Notes under the pieces: model-generated | The model's database searches: none | Told to the model about the DNA's origin: nothing | Seen by the model: only the letters and a program-made list of their open reading frames with translations | Assembly: GCF_000143415.4 (NCBI RefSeq) | Contig: NW_003314295.1 | Location: 62,001-126,000 of the forward strand | Direction of reading: 5' to 3' | From: Selaginella moellendorffii | Lineage: Eukaryota > Plantae > Lycopodiophyta | Length of the DNA: 64,000 bases | Position numbers and translations under genes: made by a program | In this document: piece by piece, positions 31,977 through 44,536 of the stretch | How positions within the stretch are numbered: position 1 is the stretch's first letter | How the letters are laid out: every line of letters begins with the position of its first letter

Positions 31977-34577
31977 CTAAACGCACTGGAAGCTTCGCCC
32001 GGTGGGCTTTCGAATCCCCCTATCGGCCATAGCCTTCCGTACCATGGCCACGTCCTCCCACCGCCGCGCCGCCGCGTACAAATTGGCCAGCAGCACGTAC
32101 GGCGCGGCGCTCTCGGCCTGGAGCTTGAGTACGGCGCCCACCGTGTCCTGGGCCCGGGGCATATCCCCCTGGATCTTGCAAGATCCCAGCAAGGAGTTCC
32201 ACGCCGCCACGTCGGGCTCGTACGGAAGCCCCTTGACCACTCTCTCGGCTAGCTCGAGCTGCCCGATCCGGCCCAGGAGATCCACCACGCAAACGTAGTG
32301 CTCGATCGCCGGGATGAGCCCGTGATCCATGCCCATCCTCACGAAGTAGCTCCAGCCGAGATTGCGAGTGCCCGAGTGAGAGCACGCTTGCAGGATCTCG
32401 ATGTAGGTGAACTTGTCCGGGAGAGATCCGTGGAGCTGCATCTGGTGGACGAGATCCAGGCTCTCGGGCAGATGCCCGTGCTGTGCATACGCTGCGATCA
32501 TCGCATTCCACGATGCTACCGTGCGCTTGTGCGAGGCATTGAAGAGCGCGCTCGCCTCGGCGAGGCTGCCGCACCGCCCGTATAGATTGAGCAGCGCCGC
32601 CACCACCGCCGGGAAGATCACGTCGTGGAGCCCCTCGAGCTTGCGGTGGATCGCCCGGCCCGCGACGAGCTCGCCGAGACAGGTACACGAGTTCACGGCG
32701 TTGACGATGGTGGCCGGCGATGGCTGGAGGGAATGAGCTTCCATCTCTTCCAAGAGCTCGATCGCCTCCTCGTAGCACTCGTTCTCCACCAGCGCAACGC
32801 TCATGGCGGCGAATGCCACCGCGTCTTTGGCTGGAATCGACGCGAACGCCGCCGCGGCGAGCTCGATCCGGCCGAAGCTACCATACATCGCCACCAGCGC
32901 TGTTCCAAGCGTCAGCCTCGCGGAATCGCTCGGATTCTCGCTCGTTACCCGTTGATGCATCGCTCGCAGCTCCTCCAGCGAGCTACACGAGGAGATCCCA
33001 CTGGCGAGGGCCGCGGTATCCGGAAGAATTCCCTCCGCCTCCATCGTCTGGAAGAGCTCTAGTCCCAGCACTAGATACCCTTTCTGGGCATATGCCGCGA
33101 TCATGGCAGTCCAAGTCACAACGTTCCTCTCGCCGTGGCTCTCGAATGCCCGTCTGGCGTCATCCAAGATCCCGCATTTTGAGAACATAGTGATCAATCC
33201 CGTGAGGATCTCATTGTGGCGATGGTAGCCGCAGTGGATCACCAGGCTATGGATGTTTCGAGCGTCTTTTAGATCGAGCGATCCGAGCCTGGAGCACGCC
33301 TCGATCCGGATTATAAACGTCTGCGCGTTGGGCTTGGCGCCCTCGTGATCCATCTCGTGGGCGGCCTCTCGGAAGCGGCGATCGTTGCCGTTCTCGACAC
33401 ACGCGGCGAGGATCGAGTTCCAGGCCACGGTGTCGTGAACTGGGAGATCATCGAAGACTCGTCGTGATTCTTCCAGGCACAGGAAGCTCGAGTAGGCATT
33501 GATCAATGCCGTGCATGCGACTACGTCCGAGTCAAAGCGGCAGTCCACAATGCATGTGTGGATCTGGCGGACTTGGGCGACGCTGGAACACGCAGAGAGG
33601 ATGATCGCGAATGTGGGAACGCTGGGTTGGACTCCCTCGAGATCCATGACCAAGAACAGCTCCATCGCTTGGTGGATTTGCCCAGTTGTGGTAAATGCCG
33701 TGATCATAGCAGTCCAGGCCACAACATCTTTTTCAATGATCTGATCAAACACCGCTTGCGAGCTTTCGATGCAGCCACACTTGGCATACATGTAGACCAG
33801 CGCATTGTGTATCGACACAGCGTTTTCAAACCCAAGAGCAAGGATTCTGCTATGGATCACTCTCCCTTGGCTTAGATCTTCTAGTTGCGTGCACGCAGAG
33901 ACTAACTCCACAAATGTGAAGAAATCGGGCTTCACTCCCTCCAAATCCAAATGAAAGAAACAAGAAATCGCTTTCTTACATCCAAGATGCCCGGTTTGGG
34001 CATATGCTGTTAGCAGCGCATTCCAAGATGCGACATCCTTTTCCACAATCACATCAAAGCTTTCTCTTGAGTGATCAAGCATGAAGAGCTTTCCGTACAT
34101 GGTAATCAAAGCCGTTCCTACGTAAACATCGGATTCAAGTCCAGTTTCGATCACACATGCATGGATTTCCATCCCGAGCACGGCTAAACCCCGACCTTGG
34201 GCTGACGAGCAAGCACGGACCGCTGTAGCGTACGTGAACCCATCGGGAAGAACCTCTCCCTCGATCACCATCTCCAGAAAAAGCCGCAGCGTTAGAACAA
34301 AATTTCCATTCCGGGCATACGCTGCGAGGAGGATGTTCCAGGAGAAAACATTCCGCGCGCTGATCCGATCAAACGCGGCCCGCGCGCTTTCCATGCCGCA
34401 GCAGTTTCCATACATCTGGACAACAAGATTTCCCAGAAAGGTGCTGCAATCCAGCAGCCCGGAGCGCGAGATCTGCGAGTGGAGCCGAGCGGCAGCGTCC
34501 ATGTCCCTGCATTGCCGCGCGAGTGCTGCAAACGCATTCTCTTGCTGGTGCCGCAGTGACAGGGCACTCCATCGCAT
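31977..34577 (-). CDS. PLS-class PPR protein with full E domain and PG-box-like end, no DYW, 866 aa
   Basis: Regular P-L-S triplets, then HYVCVVDLLGRIG, PYVLLANLYAAARRWEDV and RGIRKPTGRS. Confidence 0.94.
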   Translation of the reverse strand: MRWSALSLRHQQENAFAALARQCRDMDAAARLHSQISRSGLLDCSTFLGNLVVQMYGNCCGMESARAAFDRISARNVFSWNILLAAYARNGNFVLTLRLFLEMVIEGEVLPDGFTYATAVRACSSAQGRGLAVLGMEIHACVIETGLESDVYVGTALITMYGKLFMLDHSRESFDVIVEKDVASWNALLTAYAQTGHLGCKKAISCFFHLDLEGVKPDFFTFVELVSACTQLEDLSQGRVIHSRILALGFENAVSIHNALVYMYAKCGCIESSQAVFDQIIEKDVVAWTAMITAFTTTGQIHQAMELFLVMDLEGVQPSVPTFAIILSACSSVAQVRQIHTCIVDCRFDSDVVACTALINAYSSFLCLEESRRVFDDLPVHDTVAWNSILAACVENGNDRRFREAAHEMDHEGAKPNAQTFIIRIEACSRLGSLDLKDARNIHSLVIHCGYHRHNEILTGLITMFSKCGILDDARRAFESHGERNVVTWTAMIAAYAQKGYLVLGLELFQTMEAEGILPDTAALASGISSCSSLEELRAMHQRVTSENPSDSARLTLGTALVAMYGSFGRIELAAAAFASIPAKDAVAFAAMSVALVENECYEEAIELLEEMEAHSLQPSPATIVNAVNSCTCLGELVAGRAIHRKLEGLHDVIFPAVVAALLNLYGRCGSLAEASALFNASHKRTVASWNAMIAAYAQHGHLPESLDLVHQMQLHGSLPDKFTYIEILQACSHSGTRNLGWSYFVRMGMDHGLIPAIEHYVCVVDLLGRIGQLELAERVVKGLPYEPDVAAWNSLLGSCKIQGDMPRAQDTVGAVLKLQAESAAPYVLLANLYAAARRWEDVAMVRKAMADRGIRKPTGRSFQCV

Positions 34578-34961
34578 CCCCTGTCGCCCAGCCAGGGCGA
34601 TTCAAATGGAGCAATCATCCAGGCATCTTATATGTTCCCGGCATATGCCCTGATCGGGCATCTAGAAGGTGGGCATCTAGTGGGCATTTGTAAGAGAGCT
34701 CCGTGTTTGATGGAGAGATCATGTTTGTGCTTTGACGAACTAGCTTCACGATTCCTTTAGTTTAAGCTAAAATCGCTATTGCCGAAAGCAACACGGAAAG
34801 GAAACCGCGTGAGATTGCCGTGTTCTAGAGGAGGACAATTTGACCCTTTACAGTTGGTCCAAGTTTCTAGACGATTTGGTTTCCTGGATCAAGCTTTCAA
34901 ACGGCGGCGGGAGCAAAGCAAAGCTTGGACTTTGGCACAACTGCAGGGAGTTCTTTTCGCC

Positions 34962-35441
34962 ATGGCTGCGCCAATCGATCAAGCCGAGCTGCGCCGTGCC
35001 TTCGACATGTTTGATTCCAACCGCGACGGCATGATCTCCAGGCAGGAGCTCCGGGAGATTGGCGACAAGCTGGGGATGCGGTGGAGCGACGAGGAGACCA
35101 GCTCAATGCTGGAGTCCGTGGACGAGAATGGGGATGGTCTGGTGGATTTTGGCGAATTCGTCGCCCTCTACTCGCAACACATCCAGGGCGAGGAGATCCA
35201 GGCGGCGGAGGAAGCGCGGATCAAGGCCGAGCTCCAGGAGGCGTTTGAGGTGTTTGACAAGAACAAGGATGGATTTATCACGGCGCTGGAGCTCCACTCC
35301 GTGCTTTGCAGCCTCGGCCTCAAGCACGGGAGCGATATGGTCCACGTCAAGAACATGATCTCCAGCGTAGATGCCGATGGCGACCACAAGGTGAACTTTA
35401 AGGAGTTTAGAACCATGATGTCCAAGGCCAAGGTCATGTAA
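34962..35441 (+). CDS. Calmodulin-like protein (4 EF-hands), intronless, 159 aa
   Basis: EF loops DSNRDGMISRQE, DENGDGLVDFGE, DKNKDGFITALE and DADGDHKVNFKE. Confidence 0.93.
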   Translation: MAAPIDQAELRRAFDMFDSNRDGMISRQELREIGDKLGMRWSDEETSSMLESVDENGDGLVDFGEFVALYSQHIQGEEIQAAEEARIKAELQEAFEVFDKNKDGFITALELHSVLCSLGLKHGSDMVHVKNMISSVDADGDHKVNFKEFRTMMSKAKVM

Positions 35442-35600
35442 CAGTAAGAACAGTGGATATGCGTGACAAAACAAGTTTGTGTGTCTCGATTTGATGGAAA
35501 CTGTTTCGAGAAACTAGCAGCAGCAACTTACGAAGCTAGGATAGATTTTTAGTAGCACTGCGTGTGCCTGGCTCGAGCTCTTGTTTCGATCCATCTCATC

Positions 35601-36479
35601 TCACACCTTGTCATCGTGGAACCACCACCTCGTGTCTTTGGGCGATCGCCCGTTGCGGCAGTTCCGGACGTAGCGATCGTTATCCGGTGGCCTCATCTGG
35701 ATCAAAGCGGATGTGAGATGAGATGCGCGCGAGAAGGAAACAAGCTACTAGAAACCTTGACTGTGGAGCTCGAGAGCATCGAGAGGATGCTGATGCAGAT
35801 GGAGCTGACGGTCATGGCTGGCGACCACGAATCATAGAGAATATCTGGGAGAAGGACACACACAAGAAGAAATGAAAAGTTTGAGTCGATCATCCATCAA
35901 GATCTATCACGGCTGGAGAGAAGTAAAAAAAAAAGAGAGAGAGAGAAAGCTTCACCTAAGCAAATGTGCCCGTTGCTGTAGACATGGGGATGAAAGGGAG
36001 GATTGTGGATGAAGATAACCTGTCCATCGGATCAGCAAAAGCTATGCGAGAAGGAAAAAGAAAAAAAAAACTTTTTTTTACACGTACTTGAGGAGCTTCC
36101 ATGGGATAGTGCTCGGGGAAATCCACTTGCAGCTGGAATTGCTCATTTGCGTAGAGCGTGCCAGGTGCTCCACTCACTTCAATGATCCACCTGGATCCAA
36201 ATCGAATCAACCAAAAGCACAGGAATCAAACACACAGTTCGTCCAAAACGAGAAAAACAAAAACGAAACTATTACACACCTTTGGAGATTATCGGTCGGC
36301 CTGTGCTTGAATCCGGCAGGGGGATTGTTCTCCCACTCCTTAAGCTCCTTGTGCAACCGGTTCGTGGCAATCTTGCTGAGAGCCTGGGCGCGAGAGAGGG
36401 GGAGACGAAGCAGGAGAAACCAAAGACCTAAATCCCGCAATGCGAGAATTCTCACCTTCTGAGGTACCGATGTGCTCAT
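35601..36479 (-). CDS. Ubiquitin-conjugating enzyme E2 of the UBE2W (plant UBC15-18) type
   Basis: [69 protein letters not shown] and TRWWFHDDKV*. Confidence 0.95.
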
Positions 36480-36766
36480 GATGCCCAGCAAAATGCCCGC
36501 GATTGCCCTGCGATTGCCGATCGGGCGCCCCAAAACATGCTCGCGAGACAAAACCAAGGAGACAAAAACAAGGGTTTTCCCGGCCGGGAATATGCCACAG
36601 CTATTCCCGCGGACCCGTACGCCAGATCCGACGGCCCAGATCCGCCGCCGCCGTACGGGCGATCTAGCGGCACATTCGAATCCGGTGGTGCATATTCTAC
36701 GCATCTGATCCCTTTTGGCTATGGTATAAGAGGTCACAGAGGGAGGTAAGAGCGCAGATAAGAGAA

Positions 36767-37051
36767 ATGGAGAGGATGATGAGCAGCGACGATCAGTTGT
36801 TTGAGCTAGAAAGGGGCGTCGCAGCGAAGATCCGGGCGATGATCCGGCGGATGGAGGCGAGCAATGTCGAGTCCACGGCGATCAAGCAGAGGGCGCGCGG
36901 GCAATTGCCTTCCAAGGTACTGAGCGTCATGAGCGGCAGGAGGCAAGCCCAAAATCTCGGCTCTAGCGCGGCGGATGTGGAGCAAGTTAGCGTAGATTCG
37001 GCCAGTCTCCTCTATTTCATGCTCCTGGCCGCAGCCGATCAAGAACAATAG
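36767..37051 (+). CDS. Hypothetical 94-aa orphan protein
   Basis: ATG-initiated GC-rich ORF with TATA-like tataag about 40 bp upstream. No recognisable domain. Confidence 0.35.
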   Translation: MERMMSSDDQLFELERGVAAKIRAMIRRMEASNVESTAIKQRARGQLPSKVLSVMSGRRQAQNLGSSAADVEQVSVDSASLLYFMLLAAADQEQ

Positions 37052-37501
37052 CAAACACCAAAACAACTTCCTTGTTCTTTGGGTCGATCTAGAATCTCTT
37101 GAAGAGAATATGGTGGTGATCAAGGACCTCGACCCTTAGAATCTAAAACCTATAATTTTTCGTACCAAATGCTTGTCAACGTGAATAAAAGGCTTTATTG
37201 CAAACACAAAATTTATTACCTAATGCTTATTACTACGAGCAAACATCTGTTTGCTTTTCTTGAAAGTGATGGAATCCCCGTAGCTTCAATAAAACCACTT
37301 GAAATCATTAAAATCCTCGGCGAGTGGAGCACGCCATTGTTCCATCGCCAAATTCTTTACGCAAGCGCGTGTCAATTATTGGTATGCTGATTACGATAGG
37401 AAATGGATTTACATAATGGAGAAGCGTCCTGTGGAACTTGGATCATTCACGCTGTTGCTTTGTCTACGCACAAAGTTAAAACACACACCTGAGCATACGC
37501 A

Positions 37502-39377
37502 TCAAAGAGGAAGAATACGTCTCTTACTGATTGGCTTCACCACATTCTCCGTTTCCGTTGGGGGATTCCAGAGGATGGTCGTCTCCGCGATCATCGAGGT
37601 CACAACGTAGGGGTCCATGTTTGATGCTGGACGGCGGTCCTCAAAGTAACCTGCATATACAAGAGTTTTAGCTTGATCACAATGAACAGAGATGATACAC
37701 ACACCTTTTCCTTCCTTTTCGGTGTCACGGCCAACGCGAACCGATGCTCCACGGTTGGCCACACCCTGAGGAAATGAAAAAACAATCGAGGAAACCATTG
37801 AGTAAAGTCTCTTCTTTTTTGTGTGGTGTGGAAGACTTACCCAGGAGAAGGTATGAATGTCTGCCGTCTCGTGCCTGCCAGTCAAGCGCCGCTCGTTGCC
37901 TTCTCCATAAGCAGCAATGTGGTCCTTGTGTTTCAAGCCAAGCTTGCCGATGGCCTTCTTGATAATCTCGTAGCCACCCTCTTCTCTCATGCTCTTGGTG
38001 CTGTTGATGGTATGTTAGTTGCCATGGCAGAAACATGAAGCAACGAATCATACCTGTAGTTTGCGTGACATCCGGCACCATTCCAGTCACCCTGGCACGA
38101 GAACAATCGTCAACCACACCTCTTTTTCTTAAAGCTTTTCTCACCTCGATTGGCTTCGGATCAAAGGAAAGCACGACATTAGCAATCTCGGTGACTCGCT
38201 GCATGGAAAACATCAGTTGAATGATCTCCACTATATTGATCACAGTTTTACCTCCAGAATGTATCTCGCGGCCCAGAGCTGGTCGCCAGCAGAGATCCCA
38301 ACCACGGGCCCGACTTGAAACTCCCACTGCAAAACCAAGAACAAGAGGAGGTGCTTCTTAGAGAAGGAAAACCAACACAAACCTGTCCCGGCATGACTTC
38401 TCCATTGATGCCACTGATCTGGATACCAGCGTAGATGCAAGCTTTGTAATGAGCATTCACAATGTCTCTCCCCCAAGCTTTCTCGGCTCCAGTTCCGCAA
38501 TAGTATGGTCCCTGTTGGCGTGCGTAAGAAACGAAGACTTTTGGAGCGAGCCAAGTCAAATGTATACCTGCGGGCCAGGATAGCCACCAAGCGGCCATCC
38601 TAGTGGCCACTTGACTTCCTTCTGGAGCAACGTATACTCTTGCTCGAGTCCATACCTGTCACAGTTTGCAAATTCACATTCCAGTGAGACGAAAAAGGAA
38701 AGGATTCTTCACGCCTTGCAACTTCATGCACGCCGCTACTAAGATCACGAGAACTTACCAAGGGACTTCATCAATGACAGCCTTTTGGTTGAAAATCTCC
38801 GCGGCTTTCGCACGCTTGTTCGTGGGGAGCGCGACTCCCTTTGGTGTGTAAGTGTCGCAGATAACCTTCGCAAGAGAAACAAATCCAGGATTATGGATAC
38901 GAGGGACGAAGGATCCAAAGAAATTACCAAGATGTTGTTTCCTCCCCGGAAAGGATCCTTGAAAATCGCCTGGGGGCTTTCAAAGTTCGTTCGTTCACAC
39001 AAGAACGTCAGTGATCATAGTATCAATCACAAAGAAATAGAGGGAGCTTACTATAGAATGACCTCACTATCCTCGCCTGGGGCCTGTCCGGTGCTGGAGC
39101 CATCGTAGTTCCACTTGGGGAGCTGCTTGGGATCGGTAATCGGTCCCTTGAGAGTCTGTGGAAACGAAGCAAAATCCGTGAGAAATCCTGGCAATGCACG
39201 CGCAGAGATTACATACTCGGCCCTTGCTCCGGATGTCCGTCCCCGACCCTCCAATCCTGCGCCATGCCAATCAATCGGGGCTTTCAATCAAGAACGTCTT
39301 CCATACCATATGTACTCGGCGATGATCTGCTTCGTGTCAGAGATGTCGAGGTTGAGCAGATCGTTGAGAGACGACAT
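37502..39377 (-). CDS. GLN1: Cytosolic-type glutamine synthetase (GSII class), multi-exon
   Basis: [83 protein letters not shown] and [25 protein letters not shown]. Confidence 0.97.
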
Positions 39378-39949
39378 CCTTGGAGTCGCGCGCCGCGCCG
39401 GGGAGGGGAAGAACAAGCTCCCGGATCGCAGCCTCGCAGCGCCAAACAAGACCTGATTTAAAGCCGGCCCTCGGGTCGGGCCACTAGAAAATCTCCGGAA
39501 TTGCGCCCCCGGCCGTACGAGGGGCCCAAACGGACGCTCCGGATTGGGCCGTACCCTCCGCCCAACCACACCCTCTCCTTGCAATCCATCCGCCAACCAC
39601 ACGTTCGTGTGTGCTTGGATGGGTTTGACTTTTTAGTGTGGCCCGGTTAGTCAAATCGTTGAATTCGAATGTTTGACAAGGGCGCACCTAAGCCTCTCTT
39701 CCTGGGGACTTTTCAGAAGGGCAGGCTAGAGCCTTTGCCATGCACAAACAGCCTTGGTGCCTCTAGCGCTACCTGAAATCTTGCTCTCTTAAATTTTGCT
39801 CTAAAATGACCCTTTGGTGCGCTCAAATTCTAGGAACGGGTTTCTTCTACAACAGCTCCAGATTGTCTTGGAGAGGCACCACATCATTTATATATATATT
39901 GAGGTGTGGAGATGACGTTTTGTTTTGTGGTCAAGCTTCTTCTTCTTTT

Positions 39950-41900
39950 TCTGTGATTAGATCAGCTATTTTTGTGTGGACTATACCACGATGTCAACTT
40001 CCTGGATCCGCTGCAGTAAAGAATGAATTATGTAATTGTTGTTTGTAATCCAAGACATGAAGACGATGTTGTATGTCCCAAAAACTTGACATACTAAGTT
40101 GACATTTTAATGCCAGTTGGATGGCTAACAACATTGCATGATATTCCACCTTGTTAGAAGAAGACCTCAAAACCACCATCGATGTGAAAATGTCCGAAAG
40201 GACTGGCAGATAAGTATTTCTTATGCCTAAAATCACATTGGTGACAATGCTTCATGAAAGTTGCATTAGACAATGAATGCTACTTAGATTCATATTTCAT
40301 CAGCTAAAAGGAATTATGCTTGCAAAAGTTGATTTGGCCATCGCATTATAGCAAGTCCATGCTTTGAAAACCTTGTGAAATTGAGCAAGGATGGAATCAA
40401 AATGTTCATTTAGGAGAGTAAATCACTAGTAATATCAAAAACTAGAGTTCCCATTTCACCTCCTGCATGGATTCATTTCCAAAATGGGTTTCTAGATTAT
40501 CTTGCCAAACCTTGCAGATCCATCAAAAAGAAACCAAATTTTGGGGTTTTAGAAGGTTTGTAAATAAGCATGTTTGACACATTGTTGTGCATTTTACTTT
40601 TTTTATCATAAATAATAATTTTTACTATATTTACTGTTGTGAATTATAAAAGGTAATTAAGTACTAATATTATTTACTTACTTGGCATGAACAATAGCAG
40701 TTTTTGTGTACTGTTGATTCACACATACACATCTCTTACTGAGTGTGTATGAGTAATTGAACTTTTCACAACCTGCCAACTTAATATCTCACCTCTTTCA
40801 TATCACTCTAAGAATAAAAAATACTAAAAGAGCTTCTAGTTTTAGTATGAATTTTACAATAGAGTGTCACCAAGACAGTAAAAGGCATCATGGGGAACTT
40901 GGTTGGAGCATAGCAACCACGAAAATGGCAGTAGCTAGGTTAGTGACTTTTCTGGTTGAGTTCGAGATGGGAAAGCCAACAACAGCAGTAGGGTAAAGGC
41001 TTCTTGCCAACCATCCCATTATAGCCCGATGTTGAGCTGGGTAAGTATTTTATCTCTTATTTTCTGTGACCATCTGATAGCTTCTTCACAACATAGAGCC
41101 CTTCCAGATGAGAGGACTCTTGTGCCAGTGTCTTGGGCTTGGGAAAACTTGACAAAGCTGCAGCCAAGAAGTTCTTCCAGGATCACTAGTTTGGAGCCTA
41201 TGGAAGGATATCTTTTGAGTGATTGGAATATCCCTGATGTGGGGATTTTTATCTTTTAGGAGTTTCTCTCACTTTTATCAATTCAAAGGGATTGAAAGAC
41301 CTTGAGCTAGGGGCATGAAAGTGAGATGAAATGCTGCTGCGAAGTCTGCACATCACAGGTGGTGACCCAGACAGCGCACTTGGGTGAAAAAGAAGCAATG
41401 GGCTTGACACAAAGTCACGCGAATTAGTTTGATTAAGAAAGTTTATAATTTATAAATGAAAAATGCTAGAATATACTTGAAGGTGTTTAAAGAAGATTAG
41501 AGAATATCCAAGCATATTCTAGAACCAAGAAAACCAGAATAAAAGTAAAAATCTTAATTGTAAAAATAATTAGAATACCCACTCTAGATTCATAAGCTAC
41601 CACCATAAGATACTCTGAAGAAATCCATGACTTCTTAACGTAAACTCTATGTTGCATTAGGTGAAGGCCGGTCTCCTTCCATACGTTTGGATGGTAGAAG
41701 TTTCTTGTTATACAAGAAGTGCTATTAGAATTTTTTGCAATATTGTTAAATATTACGTGATTCGTTTGTAAGTAGTTGTCTCTGTCGAAACAGATCTTTT
41801 GTAAGTTCAGAGGTGCTGCCGTATAGGATGCATAGAAGTTTTCCTCTAAATTTCTTAAGCACAGTAAAGAGCTGTTCCAATCGCTAGTGGCCAACTAGAC
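39950..41900 (-). mobile_element. AT-rich retroelement relic with RNase H-like fragment
   Basis: SSNKVEYHAMLLAIQLAL (~40105-40160) resembles the RNase H TNNxAEYxALxxGLxLA helix. Region is CpG-poor and stop-ridden. Confidence 0.4.
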
Positions 41901-42167
41901 AGACGATGGAAGCTAGAGTGGGAAACCTCCGGGAGGCAACCCTTGGCAGCTTCGATGACTCTCTTGATGAAAGGCATTTGAAAATATTGCGACTATAATG
42001 CCATCGCCATCTCAAATGCCACGTCATACGCCCCTTTAGCAATATAAATTAAAGATACGAATTTCGGTGTCCAAAGGGTAACAAAATTTGGGCCTTCTCA
42101 ATTATTGAGCATTGAAAACACAGCGCCCTTATTGCAAACGCAGTGCTAGGGTTTTCTTGATCGATCG

Positions 42168-42780
42168 ATGGCTGTTGCTTCCTCCTCCGCCAATCTCCCA
42201 AGGCTTCCAAGATCGGGGCTAGGGCTCTCGAATCGCAGCTCCAGCGGCGCCACTCGGCGGGGCGCCTGTGTCCGGTGCGCGTATGCGCCTCGCGGCGGGA
42301 GGGTCGCCCTCGCGGAGCGCGCAGCGCAGCCGAATTTCTACGAGGTTTTGGGATTATCGTCGCAAGACGTGGATTTGTCGAGCATCAAGCTGGCCTACCG
42401 GCAAATGGCGAGGAAATTTCACCCGGATGTGTGCCCCAGGGAGGAGATGGAGGAATGCACGCAGCGATTCATTGTTCTCCAGGAGGCGTATGAGACGCTG
42501 TCGGATTCCAGGCGCCGTGCTATGTACGATCTCGCCATCTCGGGCGCGCTCGATTCGCACGGGATTGCGGTGTCCTGGGCGACGGATTTCGAGGTGGGTT
42601 CTCACTCTTTTCTTTCTTTCGCTCGAAAGGAATCTAATCTTGATCGATCTTCTCCAGGATGATTGGAGGATGAGATGGGCCGATCAGCTATCCGGGCTGA
42701 AGAGAAGGAGCGCCGTGAAAGAACACGAGAATCGAGAGAGCTGGGCTGCGAGGATCCGGCGGCAACAGCAACAGCAATAG
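42168..42780 (+). CDS. Plastid J-domain co-chaperone, J20-like, 2 exons
   Basis: Ser/Arg-rich transit peptide, NFYEVLG...AYRQMARKFHPDV...QEAYETLSD and WRMRWADQLSGLKRRS...SWAARIR. Confidence 0.9.
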
Positions 42781-43168
42781 CATAAACAATAGATCAAACC
42801 ATGTACATTGATAGATAAAAAATAGATGCCGGGAATATACGCATCGGTTAAACTTATCCAAGCCAGCCCATGCATGAAAGACACGTCATCGTGTTAATCT
42901 CTCCACTGTGGACGTCCGCCACGTGTCCTGGCATATTCCCCCATTCCATTCGAGCTTTTCCCCTTTCCACCAAAGCCTCGGAGCTCGTGATGCTTGCTAT
43001 GGCTATGGACGTCGCGCATCGCGGATCCATCGCTTTGAGCGCCCCGGGAGGTAATTTTCGGGAGTTCTAGGCTATCGATCCAGATCGCGGCGTTTTGGGG
43101 CGGCATCGCAGCTGGAATTAGCGTGGCTCGCTGCGGCATGAGGTAGATTCTTGGAAATCCGGGGAGGG

Positions 43169-44536
43169 ATGGCTGCCGGGAGTGGCCGCGGCGAGAATGC
43201 GGCAGCGTCGGAGGAGAATCATCGCGCCCTGGTGCCGCGAGCTGCGGAGAATCATGCGAAGATGATGCTTGTGGGCGCCGGCGCGCGATGCTTGTTCTAT
43301 CCCACGCTCTTCTACAATGTTGTTCGCAATAGATTCCAGCCAGAGTTTCGGTGGTGGGATGAGATTGATCAGGTATGGATTTTCCCCCTTTGGACAAACA
43401 CTCGTACTAATTTTTTTTTCGGTTTATTTTTTTTTTTCGATTTTTGCTCCTTGTAGTTTTTGTTGCTGGGTGCTGTCCCATTTCCAAGAGATATACCCCG
43501 GCTTAAGGAAGCTGGTGTTCATGCAGTGGTGACTTTGAACGAATCATACGAGACTTTGGTTCATACTTCCTTGTACAAGGTTTGTGAGAAACAAGAATGG
43601 CTTGAGATCTAAAACTTTGCTGCTTTTGTGTAGAATCAAGGGATCAATCACCTTGCAATTCCGACCAGGGACTATTTATTTGCACCATCTTTCGTTGATC
43701 TTCGCCGGGCAGTGCGATTCATTCATGGTAAGTTTTTATCACAGTTTATCTCCGTTTGGTTTTTGAGTAGATTCCAAATGCGCAGATCACGCACAACTTG
43801 GGATGAGGACTTACGTTCACTGCAAGGCAGGACGAGGACGAAGCACCACTGTTGTGATTTGCTACTTGGTAAAGTTCTCTGTAGCTTTTTTTCTCTCTCT
43901 CTCGATCGAGTTTCTTACTCGTTTCTCTCAGGTGGAGCACAGAGGGATGACTCCTCTCGAGGCTTTGAGTTTCGTGCGCTCCAAACGACCTCGAGTTCTT
44001 CTAGCCGCCTCCCAATGGAAGGTACACGAAAACTTCCGGTTTGATAATTGCCGCGATAGAGCGACACCTCTTTCTCTCTCGCCCTCCAGGCAATCCAGGA
44101 CTACTGTGATCAAGTCATCAAGCCACAGTGCTACATGACTCTGAGCTTCCACACCTCCACATTTTCTCCGGAGCTAGTCGCCACCAGCAGAGAAGCTCCA
44201 TCCAGCACGGTGACGGCTGTGGAGGATTTGGACTTGGACTTGCCAGTGCTGGTTAGCAAGGCAGACCTGGTGGGCTACACGAGCATCGAAGACGCGGGGA
44301 TCATCGGCAACGAGCTGTGGAAAGACATAAGCTTCGTTTGCCGCTTCCGGCTGGCCGCTATACGCAACTTTCGAGCGGCTTCCGCCTGGATCGGCACGCA
44401 TTCCAGAGGGTCAAGCCTGGAAACTTGCAAGAAGATGGCCGCTTCATCGCCATCGCCATCCTCTTCGTCGTCGCCATCGTCACCATCGTCGACTTCGGCG
44501 TATGCTTTGGACGGAGTCGTGGTGCCCGTTTGCTAG
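43169..44536 (+). CDS. Phosphatidylglycerophosphate phosphatase, PTPMT/DSP8-type
   Basis: GAGARCLFYPTLFYNVVRN, LLGAVPFP, IPTRDYLFAPS, TYVHCKAGRGRSTT and VRSKRPRVLLAASQWK. Confidence 0.92.

Noticed and set aside
39378-39602. Open in-frame Arg/Ser-rich extension upstream of the GS ATG, resembling a transit peptide
   Set aside because: It starts at GTG with no ATG, and a TATA-like tttaaa at ~39457 suggests transcription starts inside it. GC-rich promoters often lack stops.
41487-41894. 135-aa ORF with faint kinesin-like FDR...N..IF pattern
   Set aside because: Non-ATG start, no P-loop, AT-rich TE-like context. Similarity too weak.
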